Shown piece by piece: positions 49,349 to 62,925 of a stretch of DNA of 64,000 bases. Every line of letters begins with the position of its first letter. Position 1 is the first letter of the stretch. This DNA comes from Trichoplax adhaerens (Eukaryota; Animalia; Placozoa): the NCBI RefSeq assembly GCF_000150275.1, contig NW_002060944.1:1288911-1352910 (forward strand). Reading direction: 5' to 3'. The position numbers and the translations under genes were made by a program. The notes beneath the pieces were generated by a model. That model saw only the letters and a program-made list of their open reading frames with translations. It searched no databases and was not told the DNA's origin.

Positions 49349-51687
49349 TTGACTTGTTAGGCTATAATTTGATTGATTCATGTAAGTTTAGGTAAGATTA
49401 TTTACCAGCAACTAACAGATCATTATTCTATTTGGATTTGGCAGAAGCTTAAAATGTGTATTAAACCAATAAGGTTTTATTATTTTAGTTAACAGTAATC
49501 AATGATAACTAATAAGATTTAAGGGAGATTATTACCTGTATTCTTAAAAATATTATATTACATTAAAAGAGCCAGTTACTTATTTATCTTTTCATCTTTC
49601 CAGTGTCTTGTTAGCTAAAATAGCCATTGAAATACTGTATAGTATCGGTTTTATGAGATAACGATAAAAATTTGCTTTGTAAATTAATAACGGCTCAATA
49701 AATAGACAACTCAAAAGTAAATCCTTGATGATCGTAATCTGCGATTTATGCGGTTTTTATCTAGTGATTGGAATAATATTTATCTAATTCAATCTATATA
49801 GTAAACAATACTGTATCAATACTACTTCAAAAAATTGCAATTTTCATTTCCATGTGATGTTCAGTTGCGAAATCATTCAATTGCTTCCTTAACTATCAGA
49901 TTTAAAGTAAGTTGACTGGAACTTCTAGGAGGATATTAGATGCAGCTACGATTTATCAATTTCTAGTTAAAATGAAACTTCAGAATGAAACAACTATTAG
50001 CTTTCGAATATTAGTTATAAATGCGATAAAGCAATGTCATCGATGCTAATGGATTTGATAGCTATTAATTTGGAACGGTATTGATGATGCCTATAACCAG
50101 CAGGTATCACTTCATACAAAAAAGCCATCATTTGACGGTAAAAATGCAATATTTTTAAGGCTCGATTTGGTGATGTCTTAGATATTTCCATTTAGTAGCT
50201 ATTTTTAATAAATACATTGCGATTTTGTCCGATTTCGGTCATAAATTATAATTATATGTTTCACGATTCTGTGAGCATACATAGTTAATAGTATGTTATA
50301 GTTGTTAGCCAACTGTAGCACGTACTCTTATAATAAGTAAGGACATCATCTTATCTAGTATTGACATACTTGCGGTTTTATGCTGTTATCATAAATTAAT
50401 CTGCAATACAGTACATTCTTGCTTAGTGTACATAAAATGGAAATTATTATGTTCTTAGAAGAGTTCTGTGCTATGAGAGACTTATGAGTTAGCATATAAA
50501 GAACTTGCTAAGCTAGAAATAAGGAATTAAGTAAGTAACTATCGTGTGAACTCTTGGATTGTTCTTGTGAAACATAACAATGTACATTATTAGATTGCCA
50601 AATGATTCTCATATGACCTACGAAGAAGATATAATTCACTTAATTTTTGATCATAGAATAGAGTTATGCTGATAATTTAGAAATCTTTTCAGAATGCTTA
50701 CGTTTCTTCTTAAAATTTAAAAGAATTAGCTTACTATTTACGATTAATTACTACGATATCTGTTTACCTACATAATAAACTTCAGATATATCGCTAAGTC
50801 TCCCAGAAAGCGATATTTTGTAGCTGATTTATGATACGTTACGAGCAAATCGTTGCCGATGAATATATTTTATGTATCGATGATATATCATTGAATTTTT
50901 CACAATGAGATTATTTCTTTCAGCAAGGCAACTACTTGTAACTCTAATTTCAGACTTAATTCTGAAAATAGCTCATCTTAACTTGTATTGATATTATTTT
51001 GCGAGCCAATAACAGTAAGTGAATCTTATCAGAGCCCTGCAACAATGTAATAAATATTTAAAATTATGAAAACTCTTGTACAATTTGCTACTTTATCGTC
51101 GATAGTAAGATAAATAGATATACAATTTAGCCTTCGTAAATGGATGGCAGCGCATTCCATTCTGCATACATCGTATTCTTACGATAGTTATGGACGAGTA
51201 GGCTAGAAATTTTACTGTTAAACTGGTGTCTGGCTAATCTTTTGGTTGTTATCTTTATCTACGCATATTCGAATTTATCAACATTCTATAGTTGAGTACC
51301 CAAAAACACGATTAAATAATCCCAAAAATGAGCGCTATTCTTTCTTTGGAAAGTTGCCGAATCAATGACACGTCATACTAGTTCCGGTTTTTACATTACC
51401 ATATATAACATTGGACGCTGATTTGAAAGATAATAGCTTTGATTTCATAAAGCACCGGAAAAAACAGATATTAAAAACATTCTTTATGTAATACATTATG
51501 CCTCCATTCAAACCAGGAAATAGATGAAGGTATTGTTACTCAAGATACTGATAAATGTTGAAATCTTACGAATTATTACTTTTGTTTATACTAGTATAAA
51601 TGGTGAGAAAATATGAATTGAATGAAAGAAGTTTAATTAGTAAATGCAGCTTCCTAAAATAACATTTTAGATATTTGCAATAATTCT

Positions 51688-51806
51688 AGTATGGCCCTAA
51701 ATTGGCGTCAAAGTATAATTTGTCATAAATAAGAATTTTGCTAGAGCCATAAATATTTCTAAATGCAGCAGCGATTTCGCGTACTTATTGCCAATTTGGG
51801 CCACTA
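51688..51806. mobile_element. Possible degenerate MITE
   Basis: Imperfect inverted repeats tggccctaaattggc (51692-51706) / gccaatttgggcca (51790-51803). No convincing TSD. Confidence 0.3.
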
Positions 51807-51837
51807 TATGTACGCAAGAAAGTGAAATAGAATGATA

Positions 51838-51955
51838 CTAGTGCAAACTCCCGTCGCTTTGCTGACGGTTTACGATAATGTGCTCATTTAACAGATAGTA
51901 TATTACCATTTGTCGTAGACCTGTCAGAGGTTCAGTAACTTATACCGTGTACTTC
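51838..51955 (-). mobile_element. Helitron-like 3' terminus, copy 1
   Basis: Minus strand reads CCGTCAGCAAAGCGACGG (hairpin) + GAGTTTGCA + CTAG|T. Repeated at 62368. Confidence 0.65.
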
Positions 51956-53404
51956 ATGCATCATTTGACTGACAAGTACTGTAGGGTTGTTCGTGGCATA
52001 AGAATTTTTCTGTTGAGCGACAATCCCATAAAATTTAATCATTTCGTAATGATGAATATTTACTTTTTAATAACAGTCATACAGATTTTATTAGTGAAAT
52101 TCACATTTCACCATTTGCTTTCATATATGCTTAGGGTAGAAAATGCCGTTTTACTATAACATATCAGTTTATACCTACACTTGGTCGGCAATGCTATATG
52201 ATCATCATCGATATCTGTATCCCCGATTATACCGAGGTGTGCATAAGGCAGAATTATGAAAACATGATTATTTTATTATTATCCAAGGCGATAACTGCTA
52301 CTAATACTATAGATAATCAGTATTATTTATGAAAGTGATGCTTTATTACATTTTCGATAGTACGACTGCGAATTGATTGCGAAATCTGGATAAATTCTGA
52401 TTCTAACACCTAATTCAAGTCTCAAAATGGCAACCGATTATTATTTACATTTCTAATAATTGTAATAGTTTCGATTTTTATTTGGTATCTTAATCTTTTA
52501 AAAGTGAGAGATTGATTTTTTGGTGAATATAGAGCTATGTGTCAGCAACAGAAACTAATAGTGCATAAAACTTTTATTTTAGACAACTAGAAATAGGAGG
52601 AGAAAAACTTTATTCTATCTTTTACATTAAAATATGCAATGCATGACATTAAATATTTCATTTAGTGAAAACGACTTTCTCAATATTTTCCTATCTCATA
52701 TACAACACGATCTTAAGCCTGAAAACTTTAATTAATCCAAGGATAAACATAACTGGCTTAACTTTAGAAGTGATTATCTGCAGGTACCGTAAATATAACT
52801 ACGTTTGATGGTCATAATCCTACTATGAAAAGAAATGAAGGTGATATACGAGTAAATCTACTCAGAGAGGATCAACATATTCTGTAATTCTAAATATATG
52901 ATTTTAGCAAGTAAAAGCTAAGATTTAACGTAAAAAATCTGCCCTCATAAATCTTTTTTTATTATAGATATTGGTTTATTCTTATTCGATTACTCATGCC
53001 TACAAACCATTACGCTAATATTAAATCCATCACTGTCAAAAGAGTCTGAAGTTTTTCAATCCTTTTGCTAATTAAATTAACTCACGATATTTCAATATCA
53101 TAGGCAATTAATGATTCCAAGACATACACAAATGATAATTTCATTTATACCGTACTGAAACGAAGATTGCTACTGCTATTTCTTGCTTTAAGTCAGAGAC
53201 CCAGAGTAACTGAGTGAGAAGTTATTTCCAGTGTTATTCTCGCAGAAAATCGCTAAACTGACAAGATTGTGCCAACTAAATGATTATCGGATAAGAAAAA
53301 GCCTATTATATCCAGCACCATAATTGCAAATTACTGCATATTGGTAAACGTTTCTGTTTTTGCTATTTGTTAAAGTGAGTATCCACGTAACCAGACAAAT
53401 ATTA

Positions 53405-54511
53405 TTACAGCTCGTGCAACGGTGTAAATGGATCATTATTATTACTTGAACGGGTAACTAGGCTACTTTGTACCAACACAGGCGCAACTCGATTTTCCGT
53501 CGGTAAAGTGCAAATTTTGACCATAGATTGAAATAGTTGGTTCATTTGATGATTTAATTCGTCATTATAGTGAAACCAAAGTATAACATTAGCTAGAGGA
53601 GTCATTCCGTAAAATAATTGAGCCATAGTGTAGAAGACCACGAAGTGCGGGAACGAATTAAACGTCATATACACATTGCCTTCACAATAACCGAGTAAAA
53701 ATAAGACGATTGCCCATAGCACCGATAGGAGAGTACTAGCTAATGTTGTTGCTGTTAACATTTTAATGACTTGTCTTTTTCGCTTTTCATATTGGCCAGC
53801 AGGTGGAATAGATAAACTACCAACAACTTGTACGATCGAATTTAAGCGAACGATTAAACGTACATAACAGCATATTAAAATTAGATCAGGTATAAAATAA
53901 CAAGTAATGGCTAGAAATGGATAATAAAAGCTGTAAAATAATTTATAATCCGATCTTAGTTCGCAGTAGTAAGGATAGAAAGGATGGACTGTAATAAGGA
54001 ATAATTGAGGAGATGTGATAATTGCACTTACAAGCCAGGCTATGATGAATGTTCGCCGCCGTCTTTTACGTGATAAATTTGTTTTGGTGGGATAAATTAT
54101 AGCACGATAACGTTCGTAGCATGTTATTAGCAACAGGACCATGGAAGTCGTATAACAAAGTGCTAATAAAGATCGACTTAAGCAGCAATGAACAGTCAAA
54201 ATGATTAAGTCAGGCTTCTTGTATTGATAATCGTAAAGCAGCAAGGTTGCCACTTGCGATTCGAGAGAGGTGCATGAAAAGATTAGAAACGTACTAGCTA
54301 AATTGGCAATAAGGAAAAAGGTAGGTGATTTCCTTTGAATTTTATAAATGATGATGTAAAGAATTAAGGCACAACCAAAGACACTAAGAAGATCGGCTAT
54401 TACAGTTAACCATTGTACGATTTGTACAAAATTACTAAAGGAAGAAGTTCTAACAGTTTGGTTGATAGGACTACAATTCGTTATAGCGTTAAAATTTTTA
54501 TTTACAGTCAT
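53405..54511 (-). CDS. Intronless divergent class A GPCR, 368 aa
   Basis: Seven hydrophobic segments, N-terminal sequons, ERY.AI.YP, TM4 W...P, ECL2 Cys, TM5 P...Y. TM1, TM2, TM6 and TM7 motifs are degenerate. Confidence 0.9.
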   Translation of the reverse strand: MTVNKNFNAITNCSPINQTVRTSSFSNFVQIVQWLTVIADLLSVFGCALILYIIIYKIQRKSPTFFLIANLASTFLIFSCTSLESQVATLLLYDYQYKKPDLIILTVHCCLSRSLLALCYTTSMVLLLITCYERYRAIIYPTKTNLSRKRRRRTFIIAWLVSAIITSPQLFLITVHPFYPYYCELRSDYKLFYSFYYPFLAITCYFIPDLILICCYVRLIVRLNSIVQVVGSLSIPPAGQYEKRKRQVIKMLTATTLASTLLSVLWAIVLFLLGYCEGNVYMTFNSFPHFVVFYTMAQLFYGMTPLANVILWFHYNDELNHQMNQLFQSMVKICTLPTENRVAPVLVQSSLVTRSSNNNDPFTPLHEL

Positions 54512-56680
54512 GTTATTGAGGTTATTTGATGCTAAGTATTAACAGCTCTGATTGAAAACTTGCTCCAATGGAAAATTTTCTAGGTAAGATATTTGATAGA
54601 TCAATTTGGATATCTATCCATACGGAATTGAAATAATTTACTTCGATTTTTGCATAGAAACTGTGGAACTTACAGCTACTTGGTAGGATATCGATGTTAT
54701 TGCTGATCTAAAAAATGTTCTCTAATAGTAAGAATTTTATCATTGTCTACAATATCGGTATTATCAATATCAAAATAATTAGGAGCATGACCTAATGGAA
54801 GAGTTCACAAAACGTAATAACACCTGCTCCACATTTTTCTAGATTTAGAATGAGGTAAACCAGAGAAAATATTGACATTTATATTTGGTCATGAAAACAA
54901 ACAGTTTTAACTAGAAATTCATTTAAATCATCTTTGCATTGTCTAGTACAATTGCCACTCATCATTCCGAAATCCTTATACAAGCTATAAGTTTTGGCGG
55001 TATTCAAAATAGAAAGAACTGTTATTATCCGGCAGTGATGACTTTTAACGCCCTTTTGCGTGCAAGATATCGATGAAAATCAAGCAATATAAGAGATTAT
55101 GAATGATTAGAATCACGTGAATGACATTTTCTGATTTTGAACATAAAAATCGCTGTAAAATAGGTATAAAGGTATAGTAAACATCTAGTATAGGTGCTAA
55201 TGTATCACTCCTTGAAATCTTTCATCCTATTTAACAATCTTAGTGTGGTCGTCATAATAGAGAAAGTTAGCTTCTGATTTAGCGAAAAGCTTCGAAAGCG
55301 TTTTTTACTTGTTAAGAAGAAGATATTGTATCTATTTCGCCCAAGGTTGTGTATGGTAGCAAACGACTATTTTTAATTTAAAATTGAATTACCAATGGAT
55401 GCTACTAATTATTATAAATTTTTTATTTGTCCGTGTATGAAGCGGAAGTAACTGAAAGAAAGATTAGTGCAAGTACATCACTGTAGTGGTGGTAAGGAAA
55501 AAAAAAGTTCTGAGTTAATATCAGTCGAATCTTATAAGATTTAATACGCCAAAATTGTTTTATCACATACCTATACTTAGTTTACAATCATTATAACAAG
55601 AAAAAAATCAAAACCTACGATTTTTCGATATTTACCAAATACATCGATAAAGATAAACTGTAACAAACATTTATTTAACGGGCAAAAATTATTTTTTCTT
55701 GTTGAAAAACAAAGGAGAAAGTAAGAGTAGATTAAATTTGAGTTTAAAAGTAATAGCTAGGTAAAATCTAATATTGCGTTCGAAATTTAGTCCATATTAA
55801 CTAAAGATGAGATTTATGAAACAAACAAGAATTGTAGTATTACAATAGATTTATTATCGAATTTATTATGTGGTAACATAGCTGAGACAATAAATCATTC
55901 TAATAGCTTGTGGGAAAACAGTTTTTATAGCGAGATCCGATAATCAAGGGTAAGACGGCGGCGCTAGACCTAAGCAGACTAATAGTATCAAGGATTATAT
56001 TTAGGCGCTAGGATAGTCAAATGCTACTAGTAGACAATTTTTAGAGGCGATAGCCGTAACCATACGTGAATACGACGTGTCTTTAGAAGGGAGGTCACTT
56101 TGAGATCTAGCTGTATTTAATTGCGTGCCCTAAATTTGTTACTGTAATATTCGACAATAAATTGAAGTAATAAACTATTTATAGGCAATACGTTTGGTAG
56201 ACAAATTGAGTGACTGCTTTAGGGTAGGGATTGAACTAACACATTTAGCTAGAAGAGAGAAAATACCTACGAACACAATTAAATCATACCATAAATGATG
56301 AAAAATGACTGATACGATTCTAGTACCTTTGGGTATATTTAAAAGTAGAAATTCAAACATTTCAATAATTAAATCAAATCATTCTTTTTTTGATTACTTT
56401 AACATTTGAGTTTTTTAAGAAAAATCTACAAGATTCAGTTTGATCCATTTTCATTGATTTATCGTTAATGTTTTATTTGATAGATAAATGTATAAATTTT
56501 ACCGGCATCAAGCTGTATCAGTGGAAGCGAACAATAGTAGATTTTATTATCAAGCAAAAGGGTGATAAATTCATAAAATGTAATATATTAGCCTATTCAA
56601 TCGTTTAAGTTATGATGTTGTAGTAGTTCCACCTACACTGTAAAGGACCAGTCAAGAATATACATAATCTAGAACAATTA

Positions 56681-57685
56681 TTAATTAAAATTACCAACTT
56701 TAACTACTCTCCTTTCGGTGCCAACACGCAAATTATTTCGACTGCACCAGCGCAGAAATACTCTACGAAATACTGGGCTCATCGTAGCATAAATTATAGC
56801 ATTTCCAAGTGGAGCTGTGGAAAATAGTGATGTAGACAAAATAGACATAACGGTGGCGATAATAGACGGACTTGTATATAAAGGTTGTACTAAGTCATAA
56901 CCCGGATAGACGTTAACAATCAAATTGATAATCCATGGGGTAGACATAATAATGAAATAAATGGTTATTGTAATTAACATTTTTGTAACTTTTTGTATCT
57001 CAGCCTGACGTACAGTTAGTGAATGAGATTGTAAAATAGTTAAGTGCATAATTTTATTTAATATTGCGATGCATTTACTGTAGCAGAATGCAATGGTAAA
57101 CCCAGGTAAAATATAGCACATTGTGGCTAAAATTGTAAAATAAATAGATTCGGAAAGACGACCGTATTGAAACCGCAAATTACACTTGTATCCATACACC
57201 GGATCAATATTAATCATTGGAATTAGTGGAATAATCAGGAGAATATCAATTGCCCATATTGCACAGATAGCTATTGTTAGACGGCGTCCCACGGAATAGG
57301 ATGGTGCACTCAGTAATAGCATACGATAGCGTTCAATACTAATTAATGTCAAGGTAAAGACGGACAATATATAAGCGAATCCCCACCATGTTAAGGCGAT
57401 TTTGCACAGAAGAACAGCCTTGGATAAAGGAATATGAATTGAAGATGACGATGCCATCATGAAAATGAAAGAGATCAATTGTGGAAATGCCATTAAAACA
57501 TCTGCAATGGCCAATTGTATAATTAAGGCGTACTTGGACACATGATGTTCTGCTGCAACTACTGCGATGACCAATATATTCGCAAAAATCGCTAAAGCTC
57601 CTGAAACATAGCTTACTATGTGAAGTAAATTTTGGACAGCGAGTCTTTCTGAAGATATTGTATTGTTTAATCGTAATAAATCCAT
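56681..57685 (-). CDS. Intronless divergent class A GPCR, 334 aa from the first ATG
   Basis: TM1 AN, TM2 LAIAD, TM3 C...SIERY, TM4 W, ECL2 Cys, TM5 P...Y, TM6 STPW, TM7 NAIIY, helix 8 FRR. Paralogous to 53405-54511 (PFYPYYCELR / PVYGYKCNLR; CYFIP / CYILP). Confidence 0.9.
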   Translation of the reverse strand: MDLLRLNNTISSERLAVQNLLHIVSYVSGALAIFANILVIAVVAAEHHVSKYALIIQLAIADVLMAFPQLISFIFMMASSSSIHIPLSKAVLLCKIALTWWGFAYILSVFTLTLISIERYRMLLLSAPSYSVGRRLTIAICAIWAIDILLIIPLIPMINIDPVYGYKCNLRFQYGRLSESIYFTILATMCYILPGFTIAFCYSKCIAILNKIMHLTILQSHSLTVRQAEIQKVTKMLITITIYFIIMSTPWIINLIVNVYPGYDLVQPLYTSPSIIATVMSILSTSLFSTAPLGNAIIYATMSPVFRRVFLRWCSRNNLRVGTERRVVKVGNFN

Positions 57686-60600
57686 CGAACTCAGCAAGTA
57701 TTAAAAAAATTTCGGATAAGAAAAGTCTGATAAGAAAATTCTAGCCCGAGAATAATCTAGAACAAATATACTTACGCAATTGGTGATCTACGCATTAGTC
57801 TCTTTCTCTACGTAAATAGTAAATATTCAATTATTATACTTATTCTAATTGATCAGCGATAATGATAGATTTGTCAGCATTTTCATAACAACTTCAGTCA
57901 TCATATTGATTTTGGTTGCGGGAACAAAGATTATTGAAAAGTATGCGCATTTGTTACGGTTAAAGCTTAAAATCCGGCTATTATTAAGTTACTTTAGAGA
58001 AATCAAACCGATATTGACGTTCTTGTCCTCTGAGCAGTAAATAGCCTCAAAGGAAAACCGGAAAATAAATATTACGTTCTGTTTTTTCGATGCCTTTAAG
58101 TTAGTGTTCCCTGCTACCTACTAATTTTAGCATAACTAGTCAGCTTTCGGACTCTAGATATTTATCGCTATCAATTATGATGGAATTTTCTTTTGTTAGT
58201 AAATAGAAAGATAATAGAACTATGAAGTGGATATATAACGCGATAGTTAAACTTTGAAACAGCTATCGATACGTCATAGTAGGAATAAATATACTAAAAC
58301 GGGTGAATTAGCTAGTATAATTATACTGTGATAGCATTACAGATTGATTAAAAGAACTGCCTATGGCATACGGCCAATGTGTATATCGTAATTTATTTAT
58401 AGGTGATATTTATATTTCTGTATACGTAGATAGTCTTTTAATTATGAATGATTCTCTCGCGACTTATTTTAAAATCTTCAATTTCTACTTCCTTCATATC
58501 TTACTCTTTCATTGCAGCGCTAGATTTGGGCGGGCAATTTTATTGTTAAACAACTAAGCTTTCTTAGTAATTAGCTAGGCGAATTCATAGTCAGATTGAT
58601 AGGGAAAAAAAGATAGATAAACGCTTATGCCTAATTGATGTTATGAAAAGTATATGTTTAAAGTAAAAGATATGAATGCTAATAGATCGAATAAAACTTT
58701 CATAGCTACAATTAATTTCAATAACTCCATTCAGGTGTGAAAGGTTAGACTTAGATCGTAACTCAAACAGTAACTTTAAGGCTATTTATTGCGATAGCTT
58801 TGACTAACTTCAGAATGGCTACAAAATGAAATAATTCAAGAAGAAATCACCATATTCAGCATTTTTATCTGAATTAAATTCATACTGATTGTAGATGCAA
58901 TACTAAGACATGACTTGAATACAACGTTTTTTCAAAGGGAAAACGACTACTTAAAAGTTAATTTTTAATGTGCAAAATTATAGCTAAATTAGAACTTTAA
59001 ATGATTATAACTCCGTTAATAGGTCTTGAAATTATTTATGCAAGGAGATGACAGTTACTTTGTCAGGTCAGTATTCGTAACAAAATTACATGACCCAGTC
59101 ATAGTAGAAGATCCGTTGCTAAGATATATCTTGAAGCGATTTATACTTAAGGTGAAAAGTTGCTTATATCTCCATGAAGAGTAAAAATGATTAGGTAATA
59201 TCCGTAATGGATGTCTCGCAAAATATTTAAAAATGTAAAAGAAAGATTTTTTAATGGATTTTATTAATATCTTTGGTATGCATAAGATACCATATTTATT
59301 ATGCCGAAGTCAAGTAGGCACAGAAAACTTGTAAATGGGGTTTAAAATTTTGTTTCTGAAAATTTGACCTTCATATTAAATATTAAGATAATAATCTTGA
59401 AAGACAAAAGAATTGCTAATATATTCTAGAATAACAAACTTGCAGTAAACTATCGCATTTAAGAGTTATGTACAATATGAACGCAAAAAATTTTTTTAGT
59501 CTTGTGCATTCCATTCTACCTATTCTATCAATTAATACTGATATATTGAAGCCGATAGGAATCTAACTTGCGTGTTTACTTATTAAGGGAAAGTTATTCA
59601 TAACTTTGGGTATTATTGCATAAATAATCTAATTAAATAGTAATGAATTTAAATATTTAATACCTGTGTACAAGGCATTAAATATGAATGAGATGGTATT
59701 TGAAGTTTGATATAAAATTTTACTGTTATTTCAAATATCGCCAATTTAGGCAACAATCAAAAATATTCTCTTTTGTAACGCTTCTATATTAAAGATACAA
59801 AAATACTGGCTTAATGACTGAACTAAAATTTAAGTTATGCATAATGATCGTAAATTTCTATGTATTCTAATAAATAATCATGTCCATAACTTTTTATTTA
59901 GCAATTATGATAAAACTTTTTCGCATTGGATATTTCACTGGATCCTTTGTGAAAAGTTAAACGAACCGAGGAACATTTAAGTTAATTCTAATATAATATT
60001 CTAATTCTTATATAATATTCAGGAAAGTGATGTATTCTGTAAGTCAAACTGATGTCACTAATTATTATTACCGAAAATATCGTTGTGTTTACGTTAATAG
60101 ATGAGTTTTGTCTTGGTGAAATCTCTAATTTTCTCGTTATGCTATTTCATGGGTTAGAACTAGCTTTAATAATTTCACAAAAATTTCTCATCTTATTAAT
60201 TTACTGTTTTATCGTCGTATCACGTCTCTGTAGTTCATTTTCATTTATTTACACGATCTAATTAGATCAATTATGGCGACTATTGGCACTCCTATTTTGC
60301 ATATTTTCTTAAATCAATGACAATCATTTTAATATTGATTTGTACCCTATCTGGGTATTAGATTGCCAAGCTAAAATAAGATGATTTCCTGCTGGTACAA
60401 ATATCATCTATTTAGAGTATCGTAGTTTTATTTATCCCTCTGTACTTTTGATTTTCAAACTTAATTCCAACATCAGCTAAACTACTGTATTCAGTGTATA
60501 TGTTAAGGTGTATTAATGTCTTACTATACTTCTTGAAGGTTTAATTAGCTAGAAAAATTTGTAGGAGTAGCCAAAGATGAAGTTGGTGGAAATTCGTGCT

Positions 60601-62367
60601 TGCATAAGTGCAACTTTACTGTTCCTACTGTTCATATTTATAATTTATTTATTGCTTATAATATTCTCTATAGGTAAATCAGATCGATAAAAGTCATACC
60701 AAATGTACTTTAAATCGCAAATTTGTTTAGTTTTAAATTGAAAAGGTAATCAATAAAACAATAAATCAACTCAGTAGCATGTTCACGTAGCAAAGCATGA
60801 GGTATTGGTGTCATAATTTCAAGATTTATTCCAAGCTATAAGCTTCGCCTGCATTTGGCTTGGATTAAGATCATACTCATACCACAAAAAATTAACATAA
60901 CGTTTTTTTTACTAGCTAATATATGATGCATTCACTAGTTTATTACGGTTCTTATTTAATATAAATTATACCAATTTAGTACCCTAAAGCAATAGCTGTT
61001 GATTCAGCGTATAGTAAAAATAAAATATCATGCCACCGGGAGCTATAATATGATTCTAATAAGGATTGGTAATTTGCAATTTGAAATTTGGTTAAATAGG
61101 ATAATGTAATTTAATAGATCAGTTTTTGTTTAATACTTGGTAGAATGAAGTATTGATCTATCTCATAGTTTATTTATTATTAATCAATCTGAAGTGCTTT
61201 ATGACGAGAACTTCATGCAGTCAAGATTAAAAAGGGCGGCAGATTTTATCCAAAGACTACAGTTCTTGTAGTAGCTTTAAATTTTAACATAAAGGGTGAT
61301 TAAAACTTTATGAGTACGTAATCAGTTCTAGTCATCATTAAGAAGTATAATATTTATCGTTCACTCAGCAATATGTAATTATTATTTTTGGTGAATAAAT
61401 AGGTGTTATCCAAAATACTAAGAATTTATTGCTAAATTGTAGATTTTACCTTTTTATCAATTACTTAACTGATGATAAATCGGTTTCTACCGTAATTATA
61501 ATCTAAATGTTATAATGGACTAATAAATCCTTTTCATTGCTTGATAGTAATAATTGCTAATAAGATTGTGTATGGCAGTAAATTGGTAATAGATAAAAAT
61601 GGCTACATTGCTATCTAATTTCAAAAATTCAGTATGATGAATAACTGTAGGCACGTAAGTTGAGAGATTAGCTTGTGAATATCAATGCAATATAATTTAC
61701 AATCAAATTTACGCTGATCAAAATGTTTTGAAAGTTTTGATTGACACAGCGACACATTTTATTCTACAACTGTTAATAATTGCTTTTACTGTAAATTATT
61801 TGTAAATGAATATTGTAACTAGCTATATGAAGTATGAATTGTTCATTGCATTATAGCCTGCTAACAGATTCAAGATATGCATAGTGAAAAACTGATAAAG
61901 TACTTTTTGTATTACTTTCTTGTAATTTCCATAATTCCACTATTTAACCAATACAATCAGTACAGTAAGTTATAAGCAAACAGATCCGTCTTTTGCTTAT
62001 GTTTTTGTAAGGATTGTCGGTTTAATGGTGTAAATGAAATTAGATATTTGAAAATCTATTATTCAATCTAAACTGCAGGTATGAAATTTTATAAGTATAA
62101 TCATAGGTACCGGTATTTATTACTAACCCAAGCATAAGTCGAAACTAATACTTTTTTATAATTTTCTAAGTTCAGAGTTATCATAAGTCTTCCTTGCTTG
62201 AAAAAACTTTCGGCACAAATTATGATCACCTCATTTTTCGTTTTTGAAATTGATCAGAAATTGCTCATAATAGCAGTATTTTCACATGGTCCCATACGGC
62301 ATTTGTAAAATTTTTAGAAATTTTACTGTCCTTGATCATTTATGACGGTAATTTATTTGAAATATAA

Positions 62368-62460
62368 CTAGTGCAAACTCCCGTCGCTTTACTGACGGTT
62401 TACGATAATGTGCTCATTTAACAGAGGCTCAGTAACTTTATACCGTACCGTGTATTTCCA
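62368..62460 (-). mobile_element. Helitron-like 3' terminus, copy 2
   Basis: Near-identical to 51838-51895 (1 mismatch in 58 bp), then lacks 33 bp relative to copy 1. Same hairpin + CTAG|T end. Confidence 0.65.
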
Positions 62461-62842
62461 TGGTATATATGCTATAATCGTAAGGTAAGACCGCATGAGT
62501 ACAGAACATAAACGCATGCAAATTGCGTAACAATAGGCGTGATAACCATATTTACTATTGGAACAGTTGAAGTAAAGTGAAGCTTATTTTAACACATTTC
62601 TGTCTTGAATTATTCATGAAGGAATGAATGTTTATCTTAAGATCCTTGTTAAGTCACAAAAGTAAAACACGATAAATCGTTTAGTTTAATAGAACTAGTA
62701 CAATAGTGGTCAAGCAAGATTACTATCAGTACCATCCATGAATCCATTTTAGTCTAAAATAAAGTATGGTTACAGTAGGTTTAATTAAAGCCAATCAATC
62801 TGATAAATTAAGGACAGAATCATACCATGTTATAAATATGTC

Positions 62843-62925
62843 GTTACGGCCAAAACCCGAAGTTGGCCATTGCATACTGCCCGGCCATTACGCGTATTGG
62901 CCGGACTTCCGGTTTTGGCCGTAAC
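62843..62925. mobile_element. 83-bp GC-rich TIR mini-element with 5-bp TSD
   Basis: GTTACGGCCAAAACC...GGTTTTGGCCGTAAC: perfect 15-bp TIR extending imperfectly to ~28 bp. ATGTC duplicated at 62838-62842 and 62926-62930. Confidence 0.75.
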
